Source: Acidisoma cellulosilyticum (GTDB taxonomy: Bacteria > Pseudomonadota > Alphaproteobacteria > Acetobacterales > Acetobacteraceae). Taken from it: 24,000 bases of DNA. The DNA is taken from contig NZ_JAESVA010000004.1 in the NCBI RefSeq assembly GCF_020621385.1, forward strand, positions 458,691 to 482,690, written 5' to 3'. A program made the translations under genes and the position numbers. The notes beneath the pieces are model-generated. The model did not search any database. It saw nothing but the letters and a program-made list of their open reading frames with translations, and was not told the DNA's origin. Numbering within the stretch: position 1 is the stretch's first letter; each line of letters starts with the position of its first letter. This document shows, one piece after another, positions 1 to 6,906 of the stretch.

Positions 1-786
1 GACACCGTGTTCGGCGAGCGCCTCCAGCGTGCTGACCCAGTCGATCGGCGTCGCAATTTGCGCGGCCAAACCCTTGATCGCGAGGTCCGGTCTGAAAATG
101 CGCGCACCATTGCCGCCGGCAAGAAGGATAGAATCGTCCTTTGGCGCGGCAGGCGCACTGTCCCGCAGAACGGTCGCGAAAGGTGCCACGCCGCTGCGCA
201 GCAAGGATGTGTGCGCCGCGACGTGAACGGCTAGCGGTTCCGCCTTCAATGCCCCGGCCTGTCGCGCGGCCTCGCAGAAACGCCGAGCATTTGCTTCCGT
301 CGTGCCGAGTACAAAGAGATCGCCAGGGTTCATAATGGCAATCTCGGCACCGTTCTGGGCCGCCAGTTTTTCGACCGCGCTGCGACCCAATCCGCGCGTG
401 TAAACCAGCCGTCCGGGCTCTGCACCCGCTTCGTCCATGATGCGGGCACGTTGATCGGTCATCTTTAGAGCCAAATCCGCTGACCATATGCCCGCGATAC
501 TCCAGGCAGCCATTTCCCCGACGCTATAGCCGGTCACCAGGAAGCGGGGCGGCAGCAGGTCAGCGATTGCCGCGTATGTCGCGAGCACCGCCGTGACCGA
601 CAGAAGTTGGTTCTGGCGATTGGATGATAGCGCGTCACCTGCCGTATCGTGCACAAGCCGCCGCGGATCCTGCCCGAGCAGACGGTCGGCGCATGCGAAA
701 ATGGGTGCAGCCGCCGGCGCCTCCGCGACCAGATCGAACATCTGAGGAGAGACCAGGCCTTGGCCACCGCAGAGGAGCGCCAGCAT
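1..786 (-). CDS. mdcH: Malonyl-CoA:ACP transacylase MdcH (malonate decarboxylase epsilon subunit); 3' end lies beyond the window edge
   Basis: Absent from the ORF track because it is open at position 1. My own minus-strand translation from ATG 786-784 (GTG at 789 also possible) gives MLALLCGGQGLVSPQMFDLV...LVTGYSVGEMAAWSIAG...AQIATPIDWVSTLEALAEHGV. There is no stop in 262 codons. GYSVGE is the FabD/MdcH GxSxG acyltransferase serine motif. The start overlaps the mdcB stop, and the gene is last in an mdc cluster. Confidence 0.85.
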   Translation of the reverse strand, partial: MLALLCGGQGLVSPQMFDLVAEAPAAAPIFACADRLLGQDPRRLVHDTAGDALSSNRQNQLLSVTAVLATYAAIADLLPPRFLVTGYSVGEMAAWSIAGIWSADLALKMTDQRARIMDEAGAEPGRLVYTRGLGRSAVEKLAAQNGAEIAIMNPGDLFVLGTTEANARRFCEAARQAGALKAEPLAVHVAAHTSLLRSGVAPFATVLRDSAPAAPKDDSILLAGGNGARIFRPDLAIKGLAAQIATPIDWVSTLEALAEHGV

Positions 787-1625
787 CACGCCTCCAGAGG
801 TTCGAGGAATAAAGCCATCGCCAGAAGGTCGGCGGCGCCGCCGGGGCTGAGGTTGCGCGTGACGAAATCCGCATGGATTGCCGCGACGCGCATAAGCCAG
901 TCGGGCGCCGCAATGCCACCCGCTGCGAGAAACCCGGTCGCCGCGTCCTGCGCAAATGCAAGGCCGGCCGCACCACCGCGATGGAGGAGGTTGGTATCGT
1001 CCAACTGCGCGATCAAGGCCAAGCAAGTCTGCACCCTGGCCGCTTCGGCATCGTCTGGCGCCATGCGGTGGGCGGAGCGCAAGGCAGGCAGGGCGATAGC
1101 ATAGACCGAGGGGAAGCCGGCGGCAGCTTCCGCCCTTGCGCCGCCGACCCGAAAGCGACGCCCGGCAACCGCGCCGTTGCTGGCGGCATTCGGCGTTGCG
1201 GCGCCGATCGCCCGTCCCCAACGCTGCGTGACGATATCGCCGAGCCTGCCATTGAGACCAAGGCGCTGACGCAAACCGGCGGCAGCGCAGAGCAGGCCGA
1301 GACCGAAGATCGCGCCACGATGCGTATTCACCCCGCCGGTCGCGCGCAGCATCGCCTTCTCGGCCGCGATGCCGATCCGGCGCAGGTCATCCATCTCGGC
1401 ATGCGCCGCGCCGGCAGCCGCCAGATCAGCAAAGAACGGTTCCAGGGTCGTGGCACTCAGCCTGAGGAGGGACGCATCCATGTCACGATGGGCACCGCAA
1501 TCGCGATGGCTGACCAGACCGGGCTTCGGATAGGTTTCAAGCTCCGCGCGCAGGCAGGCGCTGGCCCAGGCGCCAAGCGATGCGGGGGAGGTTTTCGACG
1601 CGCGGTGCGCCAGGGCCAAGCTCAC
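786..1625 (-). CDS. mdcB: Triphosphoribosyl-dephospho-CoA synthase MdcB (CitG family)
   Basis: 279-aa ORF with a GTG start that overlaps the mdcG stop (GTGA). The NTHRGAIFGLGLL motif is typical of CitG/MdcB. Position in the mdc cluster supports the call. Confidence 0.9.
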   Translation of the reverse strand: MSLALAHRASKTSPASLGAWASACLRAELETYPKPGLVSHRDCGAHRDMDASLLRLSATTLEPFFADLAAAGAAHAEMDDLRRIGIAAEKAMLRATGGVNTHRGAIFGLGLLCAAAGLRQRLGLNGRLGDIVTQRWGRAIGAATPNAASNGAVAGRRFRVGGARAEAAAGFPSVYAIALPALRSAHRMAPDDAEAARVQTCLALIAQLDDTNLLHRGGAAGLAFAQDAATGFLAAGGIAAPDWLMRVAAIHADFVTRNLSPGGAADLLAMALFLEPLEA

Positions 1626-2251
1626 GGACAGGCCCCCGCCAGGAACGCATCTTTGGGCATCAGCGCGACGGCCGCCTCATCTTTGACAACGATGCTGTCG
1701 ACCGAATCCCGCAATTCGCGCCATTGCACCGCGCCATGCGCCCCCATCACCTCGCCATCGATCCGCATCGGCGCAGTTCGCGCGATAGCGTCGATCCCGG
1801 CGAGCAAGCGGCGCGGATCTGCGGGCAAGTCCCAGAGAAGGTCGAGGTCAGAGGTCGGTGACAGGTAGGCGAGTCCGGTCATATGCTGCCAGGCAAGGCT
1901 GCCGAAGCATCGCGTTGCCGCATCAAGCCCCAGCAGGCTTCTGATGGTCTGTTGCCATTCATCGGGGGCCGTTGCCACCGCGTCGGCAAGGCCCAGCGGT
2001 GGCGCCATGCGCAGGATGTCCTGTTCTGCCAGGGTCAAGGCGATGCGTCTTTTGCCCTGGCTTGGCGGCAGCGGCAGTCCGAGGGGCCATTCACCCGGAG
2101 CATCGCCGGGAAGCGGACGCCGCAAAACGAGCGGAAAGCCCCACTCGGCCCAGGTGGCAACCAACGGCTCTCCGGCAAGCTCCGGTCGCTGGTACATCAG
2201 CCGGTTCCAGGCGTCCCGCGTCGGGGTCATCATCCAATGGCGCTGCCGCAT
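1622..2251 (-). CDS. mdcG: Phosphoribosyl-dephospho-CoA transferase MdcG (malonate decarboxylase holo-ACP synthase)
   Basis: ORF 1622-2458 trimmed to ATG 2251, 4 nt after the mdcE stop at 2256. ATG 2275 is an alternative. The SDLDLLW motif and about 209 aa fit MdcG. The upstream part of the long ORF overlaps mdcE. Confidence 0.82.
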   Translation of the reverse strand: MRQRHWMMTPTRDAWNRLMYQRPELAGEPLVATWAEWGFPLVLRRPLPGDAPGEWPLGLPLPPSQGKRRIALTLAEQDILRMAPPLGLADAVATAPDEWQQTIRSLLGLDAATRCFGSLAWQHMTGLAYLSPTSDLDLLWDLPADPRRLLAGIDAIARTAPMRIDGEVMGAHGAVQWRELRDSVDSIVVKDEAAVALMPKDAFLAGACP

Positions 2252-2255
2252 GGCG

Positions 2256-2972
2256 TCAGGCCGAGGCCAGAGCATCGATCCGGGCGGCGATGGAAGCGGC
2301 TTTGGGCCTGCCACCGCGATCCGCCCCAAGACCCCCGCGCTCATCCTGGCCAGCCGCTTTGCGAAGCACCGCGAGAAGCTGATCGGCGAGATTGGCCGTC
2401 GGGTCGAGCGTTTGATGGATAGCCCCCGTCTGCGCCAGATTCTCAAGCCCGGGTGCAAAGACCGGCGTGGCTTTCGCCATGTCCTGCAATTGCGCGATCG
2501 GCAGCTTGGTCACGCGCGCCATGGAGGGAAGATCCATTACTGCCGGATGGGCGCCGGGCAGCGCAAGCAAAGTATCGCAGGCCAAGGCCGTTGCGATGAA
2601 AGCCCCCGCCGCGCTGCCACCATAGAGCAACCCGACGGTGCGATGTCCCTGCTGCTGCGCCAGCAGCAAGGATTTCGCGAGATGGGCCAGATATTCGCTG
2701 AGCCCCATCAACTCGTCATGCCGGCTCATCCTCTGGCTGGCGGAATCGACCAGGACGAGGATAGGGCGCGGGGACGCTTGGCCGAGAAGGCCAAGCACTC
2801 GGCCGGCAAGCGTCAGGGCGTCTTCCACGCCGAGCATGGCACCGTCGGCGATGCCGACAACATCTACGACCTCCATGCCGCCAATGGCCCCTTCGCCGAA
2901 CAGCATCGAACCTTGGCGTTGAACGGAATGGCCGGCGGGAAAGAGACCCGCGAGGATGTCATCGAGCGTCAT
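2256..2972 (-). CDS. mdcE: Malonate decarboxylase gamma subunit MdcE (carboxyltransferase component)
   Basis: ORF 2256-3074 trimmed to ATG 2972 (MTLDDILAGLFPAGH...), which overlaps the mdcD end by 14 nt. The sequence LVLVDSASQRMSRHDELMGLSEYLAHLAK and a length of 238 aa fit MdcE. Confidence 0.88.
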   Translation of the reverse strand: MTLDDILAGLFPAGHSVQRQGSMLFGEGAIGGMEVVDVVGIADGAMLGVEDALTLAGRVLGLLGQASPRPILVLVDSASQRMSRHDELMGLSEYLAHLAKSLLLAQQQGHRTVGLLYGGSAAGAFIATALACDTLLALPGAHPAVMDLPSMARVTKLPIAQLQDMAKATPVFAPGLENLAQTGAIHQTLDPTANLADQLLAVLRKAAGQDERGGLGADRGGRPKAASIAARIDALASA

Positions 2973-3861
2973 CGGACGTCTCCCTTCTATCGCGGGCGAT
3001 GTCGAGAAAAGCCTCCACCGCGAGGCCGGGCAATGCCTCTGGCTGGGCCATGCCGAGCGCTTTCCAGACGTCATACCCGTCCTGCGCCTTGCCGAAGCGA
3101 GCGAGCCGGGTGGTCAGACGGTGTTGCTCGGCCTCCAGCACGGTGCGCGTGAGGGGCTTTCCGGCCGCCAGCGCCGCGACGGTCGCCGCACGAAATCCGG
3201 TTGCGTCATCGTCCACGAAATCATCCGCGCCGCCGATCAGGTAACGGTGCTTGCCGCCCATGGTGCGCCAGACGAAAGCGCGGTCGCGACTGTCGAATTC
3301 CTCGATCCCACGATTGGTCTCGATCACTTCCGGCCCACTGACGCTGATCCGTCCTTGTTCCGAGACGATGAGGTGCGAACAGCAGCCAGCGATGATCCCG
3401 CCGCCGCCATAGCAGCCGGCGCGCCCGCCGATGAGGCCGATGACGGAACATCCGGCCGTACGGGCCTCGACGATCGCGCGGATGATTTCGCTGATCGCGA
3501 GTTCGCCTGCATTCGCCTCCTGCAGACGGACGCCACCCGTGTCGAACAGAATGACGACATCCTGACCGAGTTTCCGCGCTGCTCGGAGAAGGCCGGTCAG
3601 TTTGGCGCCATGCACTTCGCCGAAGGCGCCGCCCATGAAGCGGCCTTCCTGGGCAGCAACAAGAACGGATTTACCGCTGAGTTTGGCACGGCCGACGATG
3701 ATACCGTCATCGAACTGCCGGGGCAGATCGAACAGGCCGAGATGCGGCGAGGCTTCACGCGCTTCAGGCCCCAGAAACTCTTCGAAACTGCCGTCATCGA
3801 CCAGCGCCGCCAAGCGCTGCCGGGCCGTCGCTTCGAACCAGCTCACAGCAAGGTTGCTCAT
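2959..3861 (-). CDS. mdcD: Malonate decarboxylase beta subunit MdcD (carboxyltransferase component)
   Basis: 300-aa ORF with acetyl-CoA carboxylase beta-like carboxyltransferase sequence (GGAFGEVHGAKL, FDTGGVRLQEANAGE, GGRAGCYGG). It has an ATGA overlap with the mdcC stop. Confidence 0.92.
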   Translation of the reverse strand: MSNLAVSWFEATARQRLAALVDDGSFEEFLGPEAREASPHLGLFDLPRQFDDGIIVGRAKLSGKSVLVAAQEGRFMGGAFGEVHGAKLTGLLRAARKLGQDVVILFDTGGVRLQEANAGELAISEIIRAIVEARTAGCSVIGLIGGRAGCYGGGGIIAGCCSHLIVSEQGRISVSGPEVIETNRGIEEFDSRDRAFVWRTMGGKHRYLIGGADDFVDDDATGFRAATVAALAAGKPLTRTVLEAEQHRLTTRLARFGKAQDGYDVWKALGMAQPEALPGLAVEAFLDIARDRRETSDDAR

Positions 3862-4172
3862 GCTTCGGGCTCCTCGATCATGCGCAGCCCCTGGGCGAGG
3901 CGCAGCGCCACCATGTCCGGTCTGGCGCCACCATCATTGATGGAGATGCGCAGGCCACCGGCCCCGCGCGCCACAAAATCGCCGATCACGGCTTCCCACA
4001 CAGCGCGGAAGCCATGGGCGGCCGTCGCGATGTCTATCGCACAAATGTCGGTATCCGCTGTCCGCTCGACCAGGACTTCAAGATTGCCCGAGGCGACGAC
4101 GCCGACGATCGCCTGCCGTCTTGCCCCTGCCGCCGGACGTGGAGTTTTGAGGGTAAAGGAGAGTTCTTCCAT
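3858..4172 (-). CDS. mdcC: Malonate decarboxylase delta subunit MdcC (acyl carrier protein)
   Basis: 104 aa. GVVASGNLEVL contains the serine that carries the 2'-(5''-phosphoribosyl)-3'-dephospho-CoA prosthetic group in MdcC/CitD. A perfect GGAGG SD lies 6 nt upstream and overlaps the mdcA TAG. Confidence 0.92.
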   Translation of the reverse strand: MEELSFTLKTPRPAAGARRQAIVGVVASGNLEVLVERTADTDICAIDIATAAHGFRAVWEAVIGDFVARGAGGLRISINDGGARPDMVALRLAQGLRMIEEPEA

Positions 4173-4181
4173 CGGTGCCTC

Positions 4182-5834
4182 CTACCAGTTCCGGAAACGG
4201 CTGGGCGGCTTGTACAGGCCACCTGACGCCAGCATGAGATCCTTGATCGAGCGGGCTGCGAGCAGGCTGCGATCTGCATCCAAGGGATTGATCCCCAGAT
4301 CCTCGGGGCGCTGGATGATCTTCCGCTCCCGCAGACGCTCAACCATCTTGCGGTCCCTTTGCCGCCCGATATCGGTATAGCCGGCGACCCCGCGGATGGC
4401 CTGCTCACGCTCATCCGTGCTGCGGCACAGCAGCAGATTGGCGATGCCTTCCTCGGTGACGATATGGGTCACGTCATCGCCGTAGACCATGACGGGGGCG
4501 AGATCGAGGTTGAGCTTTTGTGCCAGGGCCAAGGCGTCCAGCTGTTCGACGAAGAGCGGGACATTCTTGTCGCCGAACGTCTCGCCAATCTGCACCACCA
4601 GCTTGCGGCCGCGTCGGAGTGGCGCGGGGGAGGTGATATCGGCTTCCGCGCCGGCTTTCAGCCAGGGTTCGCTCGGGTGGCGGCGGCCATGCGGATCAGA
4701 CCCCATATTCGGTGCGCCGCCAAAGCCGGCGATGCGGCTGGTGGTGACGGTCGAACTATGGCCCGCGAGGTCGATCTGCAGGGTCGAGCCGATGAACATG
4801 TCGCAGGCATAAAGCCCCGCCGTCTGGCAGAAGGCGCGGTTGGAACGGAGCGAACCGTCGGGCCCAGTAAAGAAGACATCCGAGCGCGCTGCCACATAGT
4901 CCTCCATGCCGACTTCCGAGCCGAAGGAATGGACCTGCTCGACCCAGCCGGCCTCGATCGCCGGGATGAGCGTCGGATGCGGATTGAGCGCGAAATGGGA
5001 GCAGATCCTGCCCCGCAGGCCGAGCGCCTCGCCATAGGTCGGCAATAGCAGTTCGATCGCCGCCGTGCTGAAGCCGATGCCGTGGTTCAAACGCTTGATG
5101 CCGTAGGGTGCATAAAGACCCTTGATGGCAAGCATGGCGGTCAGGATCTGCGTCTCCGTCACGGCCGCCGGGTCGCGGGTGAACAAAGGCTCGACATAGA
5201 AAGGCTTTTTGGCGTCGACCACGAAATGGACAAGGTCGCCGGGGATATCGACGCGCGGCACGCGATCGACGATCTCACCCACCTGGGCGATGACAAGCCC
5301 GTCCTTGAAGCTCGTCGCTTCCACAACCGTCGGCGTGTCTTCCGTATTGGGTCCCGTATAGAGATTGCCCTCGCGATCGGCAGAGACGGCGGCGATGAGC
5401 GCGACATTGGGCGTCAGGTCGATGAAATAGCGCGCGAAAAGCTCAAGATAGGTATGGACCGCGCCGAGCTCGATCTGCCCGCCGAACAGCATCCGCGCGA
5501 TGCGCGCGGATTGCGGGCCGGAATAGGAAAAATCGAGGCGTCGCGCGATCCCCCTATCAAAAAGGTCAAGATGCTCCGGCAAGACGACGCCCGACTGGAC
5601 CATATGAAGGTCATTTATCCGCGCGGGTGCGGCATTCGCCAAAGCCCTGGCCAGAAGGTCGGCCTGTTTCTGGTTATCGCCTTCGATGCAGACGCGGTCG
5701 CCCGGACGGATAACGGCTTCCAGGAATTCGGTCAGACGTTCGGCTGGGATCATCTTCCCGTCCGCGACCGTCTGACCGGCGGCAATCCGAGCCGCGCGAG
5801 CGGTCTTTTGGTCGTTCCAGTTTTTCATGGCCAT
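4182..5834 (-). CDS. mdcA: Malonate decarboxylase alpha subunit MdcA (acetyl-S-ACP:malonate ACP transferase)
   Basis: ORF 4182-6215 trimmed to ATG 5834 (MAMKNWNDQKTARAARIAAG...; ATG 5828 is an alternative). The roughly 550-aa product shows MdcA-like sequence end to end (CIEGDNQKQADLLA, GFGGAPNMGSDPHGRRH, LYKPPSRFRNW). The 127 upstream codons are Pro/Arg-rich, cross the divergent intergenic region and overlap the regulator gene. Confidence 0.95.
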   Translation of the reverse strand: MAMKNWNDQKTARAARIAAGQTVADGKMIPAERLTEFLEAVIRPGDRVCIEGDNQKQADLLARALANAAPARINDLHMVQSGVVLPEHLDLFDRGIARRLDFSYSGPQSARIARMLFGGQIELGAVHTYLELFARYFIDLTPNVALIAAVSADREGNLYTGPNTEDTPTVVEATSFKDGLVIAQVGEIVDRVPRVDIPGDLVHFVVDAKKPFYVEPLFTRDPAAVTETQILTAMLAIKGLYAPYGIKRLNHGIGFSTAAIELLLPTYGEALGLRGRICSHFALNPHPTLIPAIEAGWVEQVHSFGSEVGMEDYVAARSDVFFTGPDGSLRSNRAFCQTAGLYACDMFIGSTLQIDLAGHSSTVTTSRIAGFGGAPNMGSDPHGRRHPSEPWLKAGAEADITSPAPLRRGRKLVVQIGETFGDKNVPLFVEQLDALALAQKLNLDLAPVMVYGDDVTHIVTEEGIANLLLCRSTDEREQAIRGVAGYTDIGRQRDRKMVERLRERKIIQRPEDLGINPLDADRSLLAARSIKDLMLASGGLYKPPSRFRNW

Positions 5835-5837
5835 TCG

Positions 5838-5941
5838 CTTTGTATGCATAATTGGCTTTCCATGAGCTATATGTATACATGAGCGACTGAAATGTCGATT
5901 GTGTCGTGCATTGCTGTCTTTGTATGGGTGCGATGCATGCA
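5838..5941. promoter_or_regulatory. Divergent mdcA / GntR-regulator control region with palindromes (candidate GntR/FadR-type operator sites)
   Basis: Perfect 10-bp palindrome ATGTATACAT at 5871-5880, flanked by direct repeat CATGAGC (5861-5867 and 5878-5884). 8-bp palindromes TATGCATA (5843-5850) and TGCATGCA (5934-5941). 9-bp direct repeat CTTTGTATG at 5838-5846 and 5918-5926. The T-GT-N-AC-A core fits the general GntR-family operator pattern. Locally AT-rich in a GC-rich window. Confidence 0.4.
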
Positions 5942-5956
5942 AGTGCGGAGGTCGGG

Positions 5957-6643
5957 ATGGTCGATGCGATAGAGGATGGGGCGTCAGAGGATACAGAAGG
6001 CGAACCGCTTCTGCTCTCCGAGCGGATACGCAATGCGTTGACGGACGAGATCGCGGCAGGCGAGTTGTTGCCGGGTGCCGCGCTTGACGAGCAACAGCTC
6101 GCGAACCGCTTCGGCGCCTCGCGCACGCCCGTGCGAGAGGCTTTGCGGCAATTGGCGGTCTCCGGCCTTGTCGACATCCGTCCCCGCCGGGGCGTGGTGG
6201 TGGCCCGCATGACACCGGAGCGCGTGATGGAGATGTTCGAGACTGTGGCGGAGATTGAAGCGCTCTGCGTGCGCCTGGCCACTTATCGCATGACGCCTGC
6301 GGAGCGGGGGCGACTGCTCGAACTGCATGACGAGGCGTCTCGCGCGGCAGAGGCCGGGGATGTGGATGCCTATGACGGCATCAACGCAGCTTTTCATGAG
6401 GCTTTGTATAACGCGACGCATAATGAATTTCTGGCGGAGCAAGCGATCGGCCTGCGCGGCCGGCTGAATGGGTTCCGGCGGACGCAGCTTCGGCACAAAG
6501 ACCGGCTCGACCGTTCGATTGCCGAGCATGGCGCGATCCTCGCGGCTATTGCAGAAGGCGACGGGGATACCGCTTCCCGACGGATGCGCGCCCATATGCT
6601 GAATGCCGCGATCGCATTGCGGCGTTACCTGGAAGATCGCTGA
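5957..6643 (+). CDS. GntR-family (FadR subfamily, FCD domain) transcriptional regulator, MdcY-like candidate regulator of the mdc operon
   Basis: ORF 5906-6643 trimmed to ATG 5957, preceded by GGAGG (5947-5951) at 5-nt spacing. N-terminal wHTH (LANRFGASRTPVREALRQLAVSGLVDIRPRRG) plus a C-terminal FCD-like helical domain. Divergent from mdcA. Confidence 0.85.
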   Translation: MVDAIEDGASEDTEGEPLLLSERIRNALTDEIAAGELLPGAALDEQQLANRFGASRTPVREALRQLAVSGLVDIRPRRGVVVARMTPERVMEMFETVAEIEALCVRLATYRMTPAERGRLLELHDEASRAAEAGDVDAYDGINAAFHEALYNATHNEFLAEQAIGLRGRLNGFRRTQLRHKDRLDRSIAEHGAILAAIAEGDGDTASRRMRAHMLNAAIALRRYLEDR

Positions 6644-6906
6644 TCGATTACTCTGCCAATGCCCGTAGCGATGAAGCCAAGCGATCTCGTCAAACGGCGC
6701 ATCGCGCTTCCTGCTCTTTCGATGGTGTAACGCTCTAGCCGAACAAACTGGCTGAATGGATGGTCGTCCCCCAGGACGATGGTGTCATTGACCGGAGTTC
6801 GGGCAGGTCCGGCTCCCAAAATTAGGTCGTTATTCGCGATTGGTCCGATGGGGGATAGGTTGTCAGATGCGAAGATGCTAATTTGTTCGTCAAGTTGAGG
6901 AACAAA

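Noticed and set aside
873-4380. Long plus-strand ORFs antisense to the mdc genes (873-1868 at 331 aa, 1944-3152 at 402 aa, 2956-4380 at 474 aa).
   Set aside because: They are Arg/Ala/Pro/Gly-rich low-complexity translations that mirror well-supported minus-strand genes. This is the typical stop-codon-poor shadow frame of GC-rich DNA, and I recognise no family motifs in them.
5835-6215. N-terminal 127-codon extension of the mdcA ORF (the track gives 677 aa from 6215).
   Set aside because: The extension is Pro/Arg/Ser-rich with no MdcA-like sequence. It crosses the AT-rich divergent control region and overlaps the oppositely oriented GntR gene. MdcA-like sequence begins at MAMKNWNDQ (ATG 5834).
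6886-6892. TTCGTCA heptamer just before the ROK gene SD, identical to one arm of the putative operator at 14914-14930 (possible autoregulation site).
   Set aside because: It is a single half-site. The nearby partner (TGCGAA, different spacing) is imperfect. The heptamer or its complement also occurs at least four more times inside coding regions of this window (near 860, 8952, 14716 and 20652), so chance is sufficient.
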